A stretch of 64,000 bases of DNA from Thermoplasmatota archaeon (GCA_046483845.1 JAWOCK010000006.1:24819-88818), one strand, 5' to 3'; shown: positions 8,111 to 16,996, counted from the first letter of the stretch. Notes: generated from the letters alone by a model not told the origin. Program-made: numbers and translations.

Positions 8111-8386
8111 CATTGTTATGTGGACCAGTAAGATGCCTGAAGGAAATGTCCACAGGCCTGGCAAGATCTTCTTGTAGATCAATGGATGGGTGATCTTGCT
8201 GGCCACCATACTTTCCAGCTTAAATACATTTGAATCGGAAAGTAAGCATTAGCATTGTTATGTGGACCAGTAAGATGCCTGAAGGAAATGTCCACAGGCC
8301 TGGCAAGATCTTCTTGTAGATCAATGGATGGGCGATCTTGCTGGCCACCATACTTTCCAGCTTAAATACATTTGAATCGGAAAGTA
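8111..8386. repeat. Tandem direct repeat, 2 x 134 bp (8111-8244 and 8253-8386), one mismatch, 8-bp spacer
   Basis: Direct comparison of the two copies gives a period of 142 bp. The only difference is T8191 versus C8333. Confidence 0.95.
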
Positions 8387-8464
8387 TGGTGGGGCCGTCG
8401 AAATTTGAATTCGAGTCGATACCACCCCAAGGTACCAGGATGGTCCAAGCTACCCTACGGCCCC
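8387..8464 (-). tRNA. tRNA-Pro (anticodon GGG), CCA encoded
   Basis: The minus strand reads GGGGCCG-TA-GGGT-(AGCTTGGACCA)-..-GTACC-TTGGGGT-GGTAT-CGAC-TCGAA-TTCAAAT-TTCGA-CGGCCCC-A-CCA. This gives a 7-bp acceptor stem and a 5-bp anticodon stem (one G-U). Loop UUGGGGU gives anticodon GGG with U33 and G37. The T stem is a perfect 5 bp with a TTCAAAT loop. Confidence 0.85.
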
Positions 8465-8482
8465 ATGCTATTTAATTTGGTG

Positions 8483-8490
8483 AATATAAA
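8483..8490 (-). promoter_or_regulatory. Archaeal TATA box (TTTATATT) for tRNA-Pro
   Basis: Centred about 23 nt upstream of the tRNA 5' end at 8464, the classical archaeal spacing. Confidence 0.55.
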
Positions 8491-8566
8491 GGACTCTATA
8501 AAACTTCCCATAAGGATGGTTACATTGTCAAACCGCAGTCCTTTTGATCGAGGCCTGGAAATGCAC

Positions 8567-8758
8567 TCAAGTGTAGGGCATGACCTCGTCGATGAGTTCC
8601 ACATGGGAGAGGAACATCCTTCTGCAGCAGTACCTTTCAACTCCCAGTTCGTCCAGGACCTTTGCCGCGTCCTCTCCTGCCTCGGTCCTCCTGGCATATT
8701 CCTCGTATAGGTGCCCAATGACCTTTCCGCATGTAAAGCATCTTACCGGGATTATCAT
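8567..8758 (-). CDS. rpoN: DNA-directed RNA polymerase subunit N (Rpo10)
   Basis: [33 protein letters not shown] is the conserved RpoN/RPB10 sequence. 63 aa. Confidence 0.95.
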   Translation of the reverse strand: MIIPVRCFTCGKVIGHLYEEYARRTEAGEDAAKVLDELGVERYCCRRMFLSHVELIDEVMPYT

Positions 8759-8800
8759 GTTTACCGCCTGCTGTGGTAGAGCAACCCTATATGCATTCCC

Positions 8801-8808
8801 TTTATAAA
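8801..8808. promoter_or_regulatory. Palindromic TATA element TTTATAAA between divergent rpoN and the beta-CASP gene
   Basis: Lies 45 nt upstream of the rpoN ATG (8758) and 77 nt upstream of the 8885 ATG. It could serve either direction. Confidence 0.4.
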
Positions 8809-8884
8809 TCTTGCCTAAATCCTCCGTGTCGAATCAAAAACTATTACTATGACCATGGTCTAGGCCAAAAATAGTGATCAAAAA

Positions 8885-10114
8885 ATGAAACTCAGTTTTT
8901 TAGGCGGAGTGGACGAGGTGGGAAGCCTTGCTATGATGGCGGAATCGGGTGATTCCAGGATAATGTTCGATTATGGGATGACCCCAACAAAACCACCACA
9001 GTTTCCCATGAGACCCCCTTCGATTGATGCACTCTTCCTGACCCATTCACATCTGGACCATGTGGGGATGGCACCATGGCTTTGTGGCGAGTTCGGGACG
9101 ACTGTTTGGGGAACGGAGGTCACGCTCGAAGTGGCCACTGTCCTGCTCCAGGATTCCATAAAGATCGCAAAGCTCGAGGGTTGGGCGCTCCCGTACAACA
9201 TAAGTGATCTTAGAAGGTTCACGGAGGAATCCACGATACTCAGATACAATGATAGGATCTTCACGGGCCCCTTCACCATCAGGACCCTTGATGCAGGTCA
9301 TATACCTGGATCAACGATGTACAAGATGGATGACGGGGGGAAAAAGGTATTGTTCACGGGGGATATCAACACGGTTGATACAAAACTTATAGATGGAACA
9401 AAACCACCGCAATGCGATGTGCTGGTGATGGAATCAACCTATGCTGGAAGGTCACATCCCCCCAGAAAGGAAGTGGAAAGGGAGTTCATTGGAAAGGTGG
9501 AGGAGGTCCTGGACCGAGGCGGAAAGGCAATAGTTCCCGCTTTCGCCGTGGGTAGGACCCAGGAGGTCGTTCAGGTTCTGGATGGCATCAAGGAGGAGAA
9601 GTGGCTGGATGGAATGGGAAGAAGGGTGGCCCAGATATATCTCCGTCACGGAGAGTTCCTGAGGAGTGGCGGTTACCTGAAGAAAGCCCTGGACCAGTTC
9701 ACCTTCGTGAGGACCCCTTATCAGAGGAACAAAGCAGCTGAGTCCCCAATAATCGTCACCACCTCAGGCATGCTCGACGGAGGCCCAGTCCTTCATTACA
9801 TAGGAAGCACCAAAGCCGATAGGAAAAGTGCCATACTACTTACCGGATACCAGGTGGAGGATACCAACGGGAGGATGCTCATGGATTCGGGCTCCATTGA
9901 TATCAATGGAGAGATACAGAAGGTGGACTGCGAGGTATGCCATTTCGATTTCTCTGCCCATGCTGGACATGAGGAGCTAGTGAAGTTCGCCGAGGGGACC
10001 GGGGCCGATGAAGTGGTTCTGATGCACGGAGACCAGCGGGAGGAGCTCGTAAAGGATCTTGGATCCATTGGAAAGGTCCGCACTCCAGGTGTTCAAGACG
10101 TTATGACATATTGA
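8885..10114 (+). CDS. MBL-fold beta-CASP ribonuclease (aCPSF2/RNase J-like)
   Basis: HSHLDHVG (HxHxDH), and beta-CASP motifs ESTYAG, FSAHAG, VLMHGD. 409 aa. Confidence 0.75.
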   Translation: MKLSFLGGVDEVGSLAMMAESGDSRIMFDYGMTPTKPPQFPMRPPSIDALFLTHSHLDHVGMAPWLCGEFGTTVWGTEVTLEVATVLLQDSIKIAKLEGWALPYNISDLRRFTEESTILRYNDRIFTGPFTIRTLDAGHIPGSTMYKMDDGGKKVLFTGDINTVDTKLIDGTKPPQCDVLVMESTYAGRSHPPRKEVEREFIGKVEEVLDRGGKAIVPAFAVGRTQEVVQVLDGIKEEKWLDGMGRRVAQIYLRHGEFLRSGGYLKKALDQFTFVRTPYQRNKAAESPIIVTTSGMLDGGPVLHYIGSTKADRKSAILLTGYQVEDTNGRMLMDSGSIDINGEIQKVDCEVCHFDFSAHAGHEELVKFAEGTGADEVVLMHGDQREELVKDLGSIGKVRTPGVQDVMTY

Positions 10115-10161
10115 AGAAATCCTTCATTTACCAATACATGTGAGTACTATATTACAAAATG

Positions 10162-10169
10162 TTTATATA
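10162..10169 (+). promoter_or_regulatory. Archaeal TATA box TTTATATA
   Basis: About 40 nt upstream of ATG 10210, with GGAG 5 nt before the start codon. Confidence 0.5.
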
Positions 10170-10209
10170 AATCAGATTTTGTAGCTCGTACATTGCTCCA
10201 GGAGATGCT

Positions 10210-13200
10210 ATGATGTATAAAAGCCCGACGATATTGTCCTTCTTGCTTCTGTTGTCCACTGTCCTTTCAGGGGGCTTGCTGGTGGACACCGGTTCGAGTT
10301 CCGATCCGGACCAGGGGGAGGATGCCGAGATCTTGACCAGGTCTGCCCTTGCAGGTTCATGGCCGGTTTACAAAGGGGACCTGCAGAACACAGGTTATTC
10401 CGAGACGATCATCCAAATGAACAAGGACACCAGGCCGTTGTGGATCGAGCAGATACCATATCTGAAGCAGTCCAATACACCGACCATCCATGATAATATT
10501 GCATATGTCGGCTCAGGGGACGGCACGGTAAGGGGGGTCGATATCGACTCGGGGGAGATCGTCTGGAGCGTTAGACCCTCTTTCAAGCACATCAACACAC
10601 CTGTGACAATATACGATGGTGCTGTGTATTTCGCGGCGAACGATGGTCATGTGTATGGCTATGATATCGAGACGAAGGCCAAGAAGCTGGATGTATCTCT
10701 AAATGCCAGCAGTATGAACGGAGCCCCGGTCCTGGCAGATGGAAAGCTCTTCATCGGCACAATGGGCAAGTTCCTGAAAAATGCGGGTTTCTTCGGCATC
10801 GATGTTTCAACCGGCAACATCTCATGGCACTTCGATATGGGGCCGGAGATCAATATGTACGGTTTCAAAGGAACGCCAGCCTATCTCAACGGCCGTGTCT
10901 ATATCGGAAGCGGCGATGGTTTCATGTATTGTTTCGATGCCGACGGTTTCGAGGACGGCAATGATGGATATGATATGGAGGAGGACACGTCACTCGGACA
11001 GGCCGACATCATATGGAGGTATAACGCGACCTCCTCTGTCATCGGAAGCCCGATGATAGCGGAAGGGTCGGTCGTTTTCGGCAATGATATCGGGCGGCTT
11101 TTCTGTGTTGGCGCGGACGATGGTACACCACTCTGGGACATGGAGATCGGTTCGGGTGAACCCCCCAGTATCCAAACCTCTCCAAGCTACCATGACGGGA
11201 TAGTCTACTTGGGAGCACAGAGGGCCTATGGGCGTTACAATGATAAGAAGGGCTCCTCGCTCTGGGCCATCAGGTTGTCCGACAGCGAGGTCCTGTGGAG
11301 GTTCAATACAACCGGTCATATGTTGGCCTCGTCCCCTGTACTGACCGCGGATGCCGCCGTGTTCGGTGCCGGTGCTGGAAACACTTCCGTCTTTTGTGTC
11401 TCCACGGTCAACGAGAACATTGCGGATGACGACCGTGTTCTTTGGAGGGTTAACCTGGGTGCCCCGATATTCTCCGCACCCGCATTGGCCAAGGGGAGAG
11501 TGTTCATTGCCAGAACGGACCCGGGGGGCGAATTCGGAAATCTGTACGCCTTTGGTTCCCCGGACCCCTCGGTTAATTTGATAGAGATGTCGGATAGGGA
11601 TCCGTTCATCGGTGAGATGGTCTCCATTGAGGCAAATATCCTGAACAATGCTACGGTCGGTGCGGATATTGCAATCAGGTTCATGCTCACCAACTTCAAT
11701 AATTCCAATCAGAAGGAACTGACGGTATTGGAGGGGGTCCGGGTGGAGGCCTTTTCCGAGACCACTGTGTCCGCTGATTGGGTCGTTGAGGAGGGTTTTG
11801 ACATGGTGGTTGTCTTCATAATCGATGTACAACCGAAAGACATGGACAGCACCAACAATTTTGGGACCCTCGAGCTATCGGGAAAGAGCATACTGGAAGG
11901 TTACTGGACATCCTCAGGTGGGGGGCCGGGACGTGCGGGTTCAGGTTCCAGACAGCTGGAGAGCAATCGGACCTACTGGACAAAAGACCTCGGTGAACAG
12001 TTCCCGGGTCCCATGGAGGATATATGGTATCACGGTTTCTCCGGTAACGGAACCATATCGGCGGCAGGCGGGGCTCTTTACATGACCTCTCCAGAGGGCG
12101 ATCTCCTGGCCCTCAACACTACACCTGATGAGGATGGTGCCGGTATACTCTGGAGGTATTCCAATTCCTCCGTGAACTTCATGGGCCGTCCCGTTCTACT
12201 TGTCGATCAGGACCAGAGCTTCGGCGGGTCCAACAAGGTATTCGCCTGCGGAGATGACAGCAGCGTATGGGCTTTTGACTGGGCTGGTTTTCGGGATGAT
12301 ATAAATGACGGGCCCTATGGTTCTGAGAGAGCCACTGGAGATATGGACGGGGATGTGCTCTGGAGAAGCCCCGTGGCACAGCTCCCCACTCAGCCGATGT
12401 TCATCAGTGGGGCCAACCTAATAGCGATATTCGGTAATGAGGTCAAGGCCTTTGATGATGATTCCGGCTCAATGGTCTGGGAAAGGGCCTTCACCAATGA
12501 GATATATGCCGTGGCTGCGGACAACCATGACATATTTCTGTCCGACGGTCCCGTATTAAGGCAGCTTGACCCTGTAACAGGAGAGGATATGAACGTTTGG
12601 GACATCTCCGACATCACAGGGGGTACGGATGTTGAGTACATCTCCCTCTCCGAGGAGCTTCTCTTTTTCACCTATAATGATACCATCACACTGATGGATG
12701 CATTCCCCGATGACAACGGGGACGGTGTGGTCGATTCCAATGATACGGACGAAGGACTGCCCGATGATGGTAAGGCCTACGATCTTATTTGGACGACCTC
12801 CCTGGGCGATAGGATCCACGCCCCTTTTGCCTTATCGGTAACAAACAGTATCGTCTCCGTTCCTGCGGAGTCAAGCCTTTACCTTCTCGCTCTTCAAAAT
12901 GGTACAAGGATGGGTTCGCTGTCGGTGGAGCAGGTATCCGGTAGGGTGATCTCGGCAGAGGATTCCATATACGTCATGACCGGCACAGGTCCTTGGACGA
13001 TACGTGCTTTCACCATATCGGAGCCCGGATCGTATATTCCAACATGGACGCAGACCTTTCATTCCATGCCGAGAGGGGAGCCTGCCTTGATCGGCGGCCG
13101 AATGTACATCTCACTGAAAGAGGGCACCATTCATTCCATTGGTGCTGCAAACAAAGCCCCCGAAGCGGTCATCACAGCACCAGCTGATGATGTGCTGATC

Positions 13201-14670
13201 TTCCCGGGGGAAGTTCTGACCCTGGATGCATCCGGTTCATTTGATCCCGAAGGGGACCCGCTCATGTATATGTGGTATCTGGAAGGGTCAGGCTCCTCGT
13301 CGCCATTGTACGAAGGCGCGTCCCCGGTGGTCTCAGTTCCTTTTGAAGGAGCTGGGAGAACCAGGCTCTTCCTGAGGGTTTATGATGATATGAGAGCATT
13401 TTCACAGAAAAGTGTGAATATTACCTTGTTGAGGAGAATAACATCCCCTGACTACCATGATAACTACAACGACATCCACATCCACATGTCCTTCGGTATA
13501 TCGGAACCATCAGGCGCATATTTCATAAACAGCACGGTTCCAAGTAAGATCCCGGATGCTGAGGGTGCCGAGTTCACGTCCTATATCGAGTTCACGCCGT
13601 TACCGAAATATGCCAAGTACAGGTTCGAATGGGCCAATATATCCATTGGTTACAGCGGGAAAGAGTTCCCAATCGAGGTCCACAAGGAGAAAATGGGTCT
13701 TTTCATGTTCGATGGGTCTCTTGGAAAGTGGTCCAGAGCCCCTATATCGGGTGTTGACCTGGAGAGCGAGATCGTATGGGGGAACTTTTCGGACCTTCTA
13801 CCGACATATTATGCCATAGGGATACTTGACAACGACCTTCCCGAGTTCAGACACAGGACCTCCTCCATGTATGTGGTCAGGAACAACGACGGACATCTTT
13901 TCAGGGTGGAATACCGGGACCGTGATGGTAACATACCCAGATATGTAAAGATAGTAATAGATAATGACACCGAATATCACATGGAGCTCGAAGGGGTGCA
14001 GGGAAATATGTCCAGGTACACTTTCTATTCAGTGGAAGGGATCTCCCTTTCCCCGGGATGGCATTCCTATTATTTCGAAACGGATGATGGTTTCTTTATC
14101 ATAAGATCGGGATATTACACCATTGTCGTGGAGAATTCACCTCCCGAACCAAACATCATAGGCCCGGACGGCATCATCCAGGTCAGGGAGAAGGTCCAGT
14201 TCTCGGGCGACGGAACCATCGATCCTGATGGGGATAGTTTGAGCTATTACTGGGATTTCGATTCATCCGATGGAATAGACCGGGAGAAGGTCGGTAAGGT
14301 CGTGGACAAGATATACTACACTCCCGGTGTATACATTGTAACTCTTACGGTTTCGGATGGGACCACTTCCGTAAGCAAGAACCTGACGGTGACCGCGGTG
14401 GATGACGATGAATCGGCAAAGGTGATATGGGATCAATACTTCCCTCTCATACTTGCAGGCATCATAGCATTCCTTTTCATTTCCATAGTTGCCTTCATAA
14501 TAATATCAAGAAAAGGTCACGAGGAACAGAGCATGATGACCAGGGACATCGAGAGGGGCTGGACCTGTCCGGAATGTGACAATATGGTGGAAGCCGGTCT
14601 CGATGAATGCTACGAGTGCGGATACGAGTATGATCCCATTGATTTCGAAGATGAACTGGATGAGATGTAA
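10210..14670 (+). CDS. Giant surface protein: signal peptide, PQQ-like beta-propeller repeats, PKD domains, single C-terminal TM helix, cytoplasmic zinc ribbon
   Basis: There are many PQQ/BamB-type blades (GDGTVRGVDIDSGEIVWS, NDGHVYGYDIET, GDGFMYCFDA, and others). PKD signatures are DASGSFDPEGDPLMYMWY and FSGDGTIDPDGDSLSYYWDF..YTPGVYIVTLTVSDG. The TM helix is FPLILAGIIAFLFISIVAFIIIS, followed by WTCPECDN..CYECGYEY. Confidence 0.8.
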   Translation: MMYKSPTILSFLLLLSTVLSGGLLVDTGSSSDPDQGEDAEILTRSALAGSWPVYKGDLQNTGYSETIIQMNKDTRPLWIEQIPYLKQSNTPTIHDNIAYVGSGDGTVRGVDIDSGEIVWSVRPSFKHINTPVTIYDGAVYFAANDGHVYGYDIETKAKKLDVSLNASSMNGAPVLADGKLFIGTMGKFLKNAGFFGIDVSTGNISWHFDMGPEINMYGFKGTPAYLNGRVYIGSGDGFMYCFDADGFEDGNDGYDMEEDTSLGQADIIWRYNATSSVIGSPMIAEGSVVFGNDIGRLFCVGADDGTPLWDMEIGSGEPPSIQTSPSYHDGIVYLGAQRAYGRYNDKKGSSLWAIRLSDSEVLWRFNTTGHMLASSPVLTADAAVFGAGAGNTSVFCVSTVNENIADDDRVLWRVNLGAPIFSAPALAKGRVFIARTDPGGEFGNLYAFGSPDPSVNLIEMSDRDPFIGEMVSIEANILNNATVGADIAIRFMLTNFNNSNQKELTVLEGVRVEAFSETTVSADWVVEEGFDMVVVFIIDVQPKDMDSTNNFGTLELSGKSILEGYWTSSGGGPGRAGSGSRQLESNRTYWTKDLGEQFPGPMEDIWYHGFSGNGTISAAGGALYMTSPEGDLLALNTTPDEDGAGILWRYSNSSVNFMGRPVLLVDQDQSFGGSNKVFACGDDSSVWAFDWAGFRDDINDGPYGSERATGDMDGDVLWRSPVAQLPTQPMFISGANLIAIFGNEVKAFDDDSGSMVWERAFTNEIYAVAADNHDIFLSDGPVLRQLDPVTGEDMNVWDISDITGGTDVEYISLSEELLFFTYNDTITLMDAFPDDNGDGVVDSNDTDEGLPDDGKAYDLIWTTSLGDRIHAPFALSVTNSIVSVPAESSLYLLALQNGTRMGSLSVEQVSGRVISAEDSIYVMTGTGPWTIRAFTISEPGSYIPTWTQTFHSMPRGEPALIGGRMYISLKEGTIHSIGAANKAPEAVITAPADDVLIFPGEVLTLDASGSFDPEGDPLMYMWYLEGSGSSSPLYEGASPVVSVPFEGAGRTRLFLRVYDDMRAFSQKSVNITLLRRITSPDYHDNYNDIHIHMSFGISEPSGAYFINSTVPSKIPDAEGAEFTSYIEFTPLPKYAKYRFEWANISIGYSGKEFPIEVHKEKMGLFMFDGSLGKWSRAPISGVDLESEIVWGNFSDLLPTYYAIGILDNDLPEFRHRTSSMYVVRNNDGHLFRVEYRDRDGNIPRYVKIVIDNDTEYHMELEGVQGNMSRYTFYSVEGISLSPGWHSYYFETDDGFFIIRSGYYTIVVENSPPEPNIIGPDGIIQVREKVQFSGDGTIDPDGDSLSYYWDFDSSDGIDREKVGKVVDKIYYTPGVYIVTLTVSDGTTSVSKNLTVTAVDDDESAKVIWDQYFPLILAGIIAFLFISIVAFIIISRKGHEEQSMMTRDIERGWTCPECDNMVEAGLDECYECGYEYDPIDFEDELDEM

Positions 14671-14744
14671 TATAATTCGAGGATCACTTTCACCAACCCT
14701 TAAATACAAGAACTCCAATCGGCGTCTCCCCAAAGGTGAACCAA

Positions 14745-14942
14745 ATGGGAAATATCAGACCTACCTTCATCAAAAGGTCCGCCATCGAGATATTGAAGAA
14801 ATATCCCGATCAGTTCAATGAGGATTTCCAGAATAACAAAGAGGTCCTGAACAAGCTGGCGGAAATACACTCTGTTACACTAAGGAACAAGGTCGCAGGG
14901 TACATTACTAGATATCGAAAGATAATGGTCAACCAGATATAG
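14745..14942 (+). CDS. rps17e: 30S ribosomal protein S17e
   Basis: MGNIRPTFIKRSAIEILKKYPDQFNEDFQNNKEVL matches the archaeal S17e N-terminus. ATG at 14745 (the track starts at an upstream GTG, 14736). Confidence 0.9.
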   Translation: MGNIRPTFIKRSAIEILKKYPDQFNEDFQNNKEVLNKLAEIHSVTLRNKVAGYITRYRKIMVNQI

Positions 14943-15254
14943 GCGTTCATACTTTCGCTCATCTCCCATGTTCCAACTTATAAACCGATCTTCGTTTATT
15001 CAGTATGTATGAGGAAAGGCCCGCTCGGGCTTCCCGCATGCATCCCTAACCGAAGGGCGGGGTTTAATCCCCTTTTTCCCCGTCCGCTTTTTATTTTATC
15101 CTCATTACTGCAACTTATTAGCGTTTGCCATGGTATTAACATGCCTGGAACTTGCAAGACCTTGCTCTTGATCGGGCTCTGATCTTCCATCCTTGCATTG
15201 TGTCACACTTTCCTTTCATGATATCGATGGTTTTTTCTAGCCCTACCCATATCA

Positions 15255-15716
15255 TTGAACATGGAAGCCTCGAAGACCGCGGGTTACAGTTTGCCCTCAA
15301 GGGAGACCATATCGGAAGCCATTATGGACATATTGAACGAGGCCACCACGGTCAGGTCACAGAGAAGGTTCCACAGGCTGGTGCTCTCCAAGTTGCAGGA
15401 GACGACGGGACCTGATATCAGGCTTTCAGAGATAAGATTGAGAAGGATCGCAGCCAGAATGGATCGAGTGGAGCTTATCATCCATTGCAGGGAGGGCCAG
15501 AGAAGATCAGGGAGGTCGAACTGTCCCGTTTGCTCCGCCCCCATGGAGAACATCAGGAACTCGACCCTTTACGGATGGACGGTCTCGACCGGTAAGAGCT
15601 GTCCGGTCTGCGGTTATTGGACAGGTCACAGACAGAGGATACCTATAAGATACGTATTCACCATAGAAAAAGAGAAGTACCTGAGAGAGAAGATGAACGG
15701 AAAGGTAATACGATGA
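15255..15716 (+). CDS. Hypothetical protein with C-terminal zinc ribbon (CPVC-x23-CPVC)
   Basis: 153-aa ORF. ATGA overlap with the downstream TPR gene suggests real, coupled translation. I recognise no family. Confidence 0.5.
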   Translation: MNMEASKTAGYSLPSRETISEAIMDILNEATTVRSQRRFHRLVLSKLQETTGPDIRLSEIRLRRIAARMDRVELIIHCREGQRRSGRSNCPVCSAPMENIRNSTLYGWTVSTGKSCPVCGYWTGHRQRIPIRYVFTIEKEKYLREKMNGKVIR

Positions 15717-16996
15717 ACGAGGACCATTTCTTCCGTGCACTGGAAGAAGGCAGGATCAGGAAGGCCAGAGCCATCCTTGAAAAGGCCAACGAGGAAACGC
15801 CACGCGCACGTCGCCTTTACCTTGAGGGCTTGATGCTTGAAAACATGGGAGAGCTTGAGGAAGCCTTGAAGAAATTCAACATGGCATTGGTGCTTCATCT
15901 GTCAGATCCCGCCCTATGGCTTGCCAAGGCCAAGGTTCTGGAAGAGCTTGGTAGTATGGATATGGCAAAGAGGTCAGCAAGCAGAGCATGCAGACTTTCA
16001 ACAGGAGATCCTGCAGCCAACCTTCTCTATGCTGACATACTCTACAAAATGAAGGAGTTCGACGAAGCCACTAAACAGGTGGATATGGTGCTCGAACTGG
16101 CCCCGAAGGATTCAGATGGTCTTACGCTCAAAGGGATATTGATATCCATCCAGGAAGAGGATTACAGGAAGGCTCTCCAGTATTTCGATAAGGCAATAGA
16201 TAATGATGAGGATAACGCTTCTGCATGGACCAACAGAGGCATCGCCCTGAGACAGATAGGCGACAGGGACGGGGCCATATTTTCCTTTCAAAAGGCGTTG
16301 ATGATAGATCCGGATGATAGGGTGTCCAGGGATATGCTGACCCACTTGGGAGAAAAGAAGTTCATTCCGAGGTCCCGGTCCAGGTCCAAGAAGAAATGGT
16401 CCAGATCGAAGTACATGACGGATTCCCAGGGTAAGATGCCCTTCAGACCTTCGGGTCCCAGGAAGAAAAAGAAGGAGCCTATGGAGAACAACGATGATAC
16501 GGCATCCGTCGAGTGGTTGGATGATGATGGAGAAGAACCGTCCGCCGAGGATGACCAGGGACCGGAGGAGATCGACGAGATGGAGGTGGTCATTGAGGAG
16601 ATGGAGGAGCCGGGTAAGGAGGACCTTGAGGTCAGTCCCGAAGAAGTAAGTGCCGAAGATCTTGATGAACCCGTGTTGGTCCCGGAGCCCGACATTCCGT
16701 CGCCTGGAAACGGGGAGGAAGATGAGGATGATGTGGAGCAGTGGGAAGATGTACGAGAAACACCGGACATTGTAGGAGATGGACCGAAAGTGGAGCATCC
16801 TCCATCCAAAAAGAGGTCCAAGAAAAAGGTCAAGAAGAAAAGAGGATCAAAAAAAGTGTTTGCTGGAAAGGAGCAGGAGAAGAAGAGGTCAATAGGGTTG
16901 ACCTGCCCCCAATGTGGCGAAAAGTTCACAGTGGAGGTAAAGGGAAGGACCGATTTCAGCTGTCCAGGATGCGGTCTCCGGGGGGAGATAGAATGA
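15713..16996 (+). CDS. TPR-repeat protein with long acidic/basic low-complexity region and C-terminal zinc ribbon
   Basis: Tandem TPR-like repeats (LYLEGLMLENMGELEEALKKFNMAL, WTNRGIALRQIGDRDGAIFSFQKALMIDP). E/D/K-rich middle. C-terminal CPQCG..CPGCG. Likely start is ATG 15713 (MNEDHFF), not the track TTG at 15617. Confidence 0.7.
   Translation: MNEDHFFRALEEGRIRKARAILEKANEETPRARRLYLEGLMLENMGELEEALKKFNMALVLHLSDPALWLAKAKVLEELGSMDMAKRSASRACRLSTGDPAANLLYADILYKMKEFDEATKQVDMVLELAPKDSDGLTLKGILISIQEEDYRKALQYFDKAIDNDEDNASAWTNRGIALRQIGDRDGAIFSFQKALMIDPDDRVSRDMLTHLGEKKFIPRSRSRSKKKWSRSKYMTDSQGKMPFRPSGPRKKKKEPMENNDDTASVEWLDDDGEEPSAEDDQGPEEIDEMEVVIEEMEEPGKEDLEVSPEEVSAEDLDEPVLVPEPDIPSPGNGEEDEDDVEQWEDVRETPDIVGDGPKVEHPPSKKRSKKKVKKKRGSKKVFAGKEQEKKRSIGLTCPQCGEKFTVEVKGRTDFSCPGCGLRGEIE

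Noticed and set aside
8111-8386. Possible CRISPR array or minisatellite
   Set aside because: There are only two copies. The units are 134 bp (far longer than CRISPR repeats), the spacer is 8 bp, there are no variable spacers and no cas genes in the window.
8100-8470. Integrated mobile element using tRNA-Pro as attachment site
   Set aside because: No integrase, transposase or viral/plasmid-like ORF is adjacent. The duplicated unit does not contain a direct copy of the tRNA 3' half. Only an inverted 14-mer overlaps the tRNA end. It is kept only as one hypothesis in the findings.
10990-11832. 280-aa minus-strand ORF (and other 60-130-aa ORFs inside 10210-14670)
   Set aside because: They are antisense or out of frame within the PQQ/PKD giant gene, and have no motifs.
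15011-15030. RNase P RNA (GAGGAAAGG resembles the conserved CR-I GAGGAAAGUCC)
   Set aside because: No CR-IV/CR-V-like sequences (GGUAAGAGC, ACAGAA.CCGGCUUA) are present. The rest of the 312-bp gap is AT-rich and unstructured, so the similarity is limited to 8 nt.
15059-15072. tRNA T-arm-like GGGGTTTAATCCCC
   Set aside because: No acceptor, D or anticodon arms can be drawn around it on either strand.
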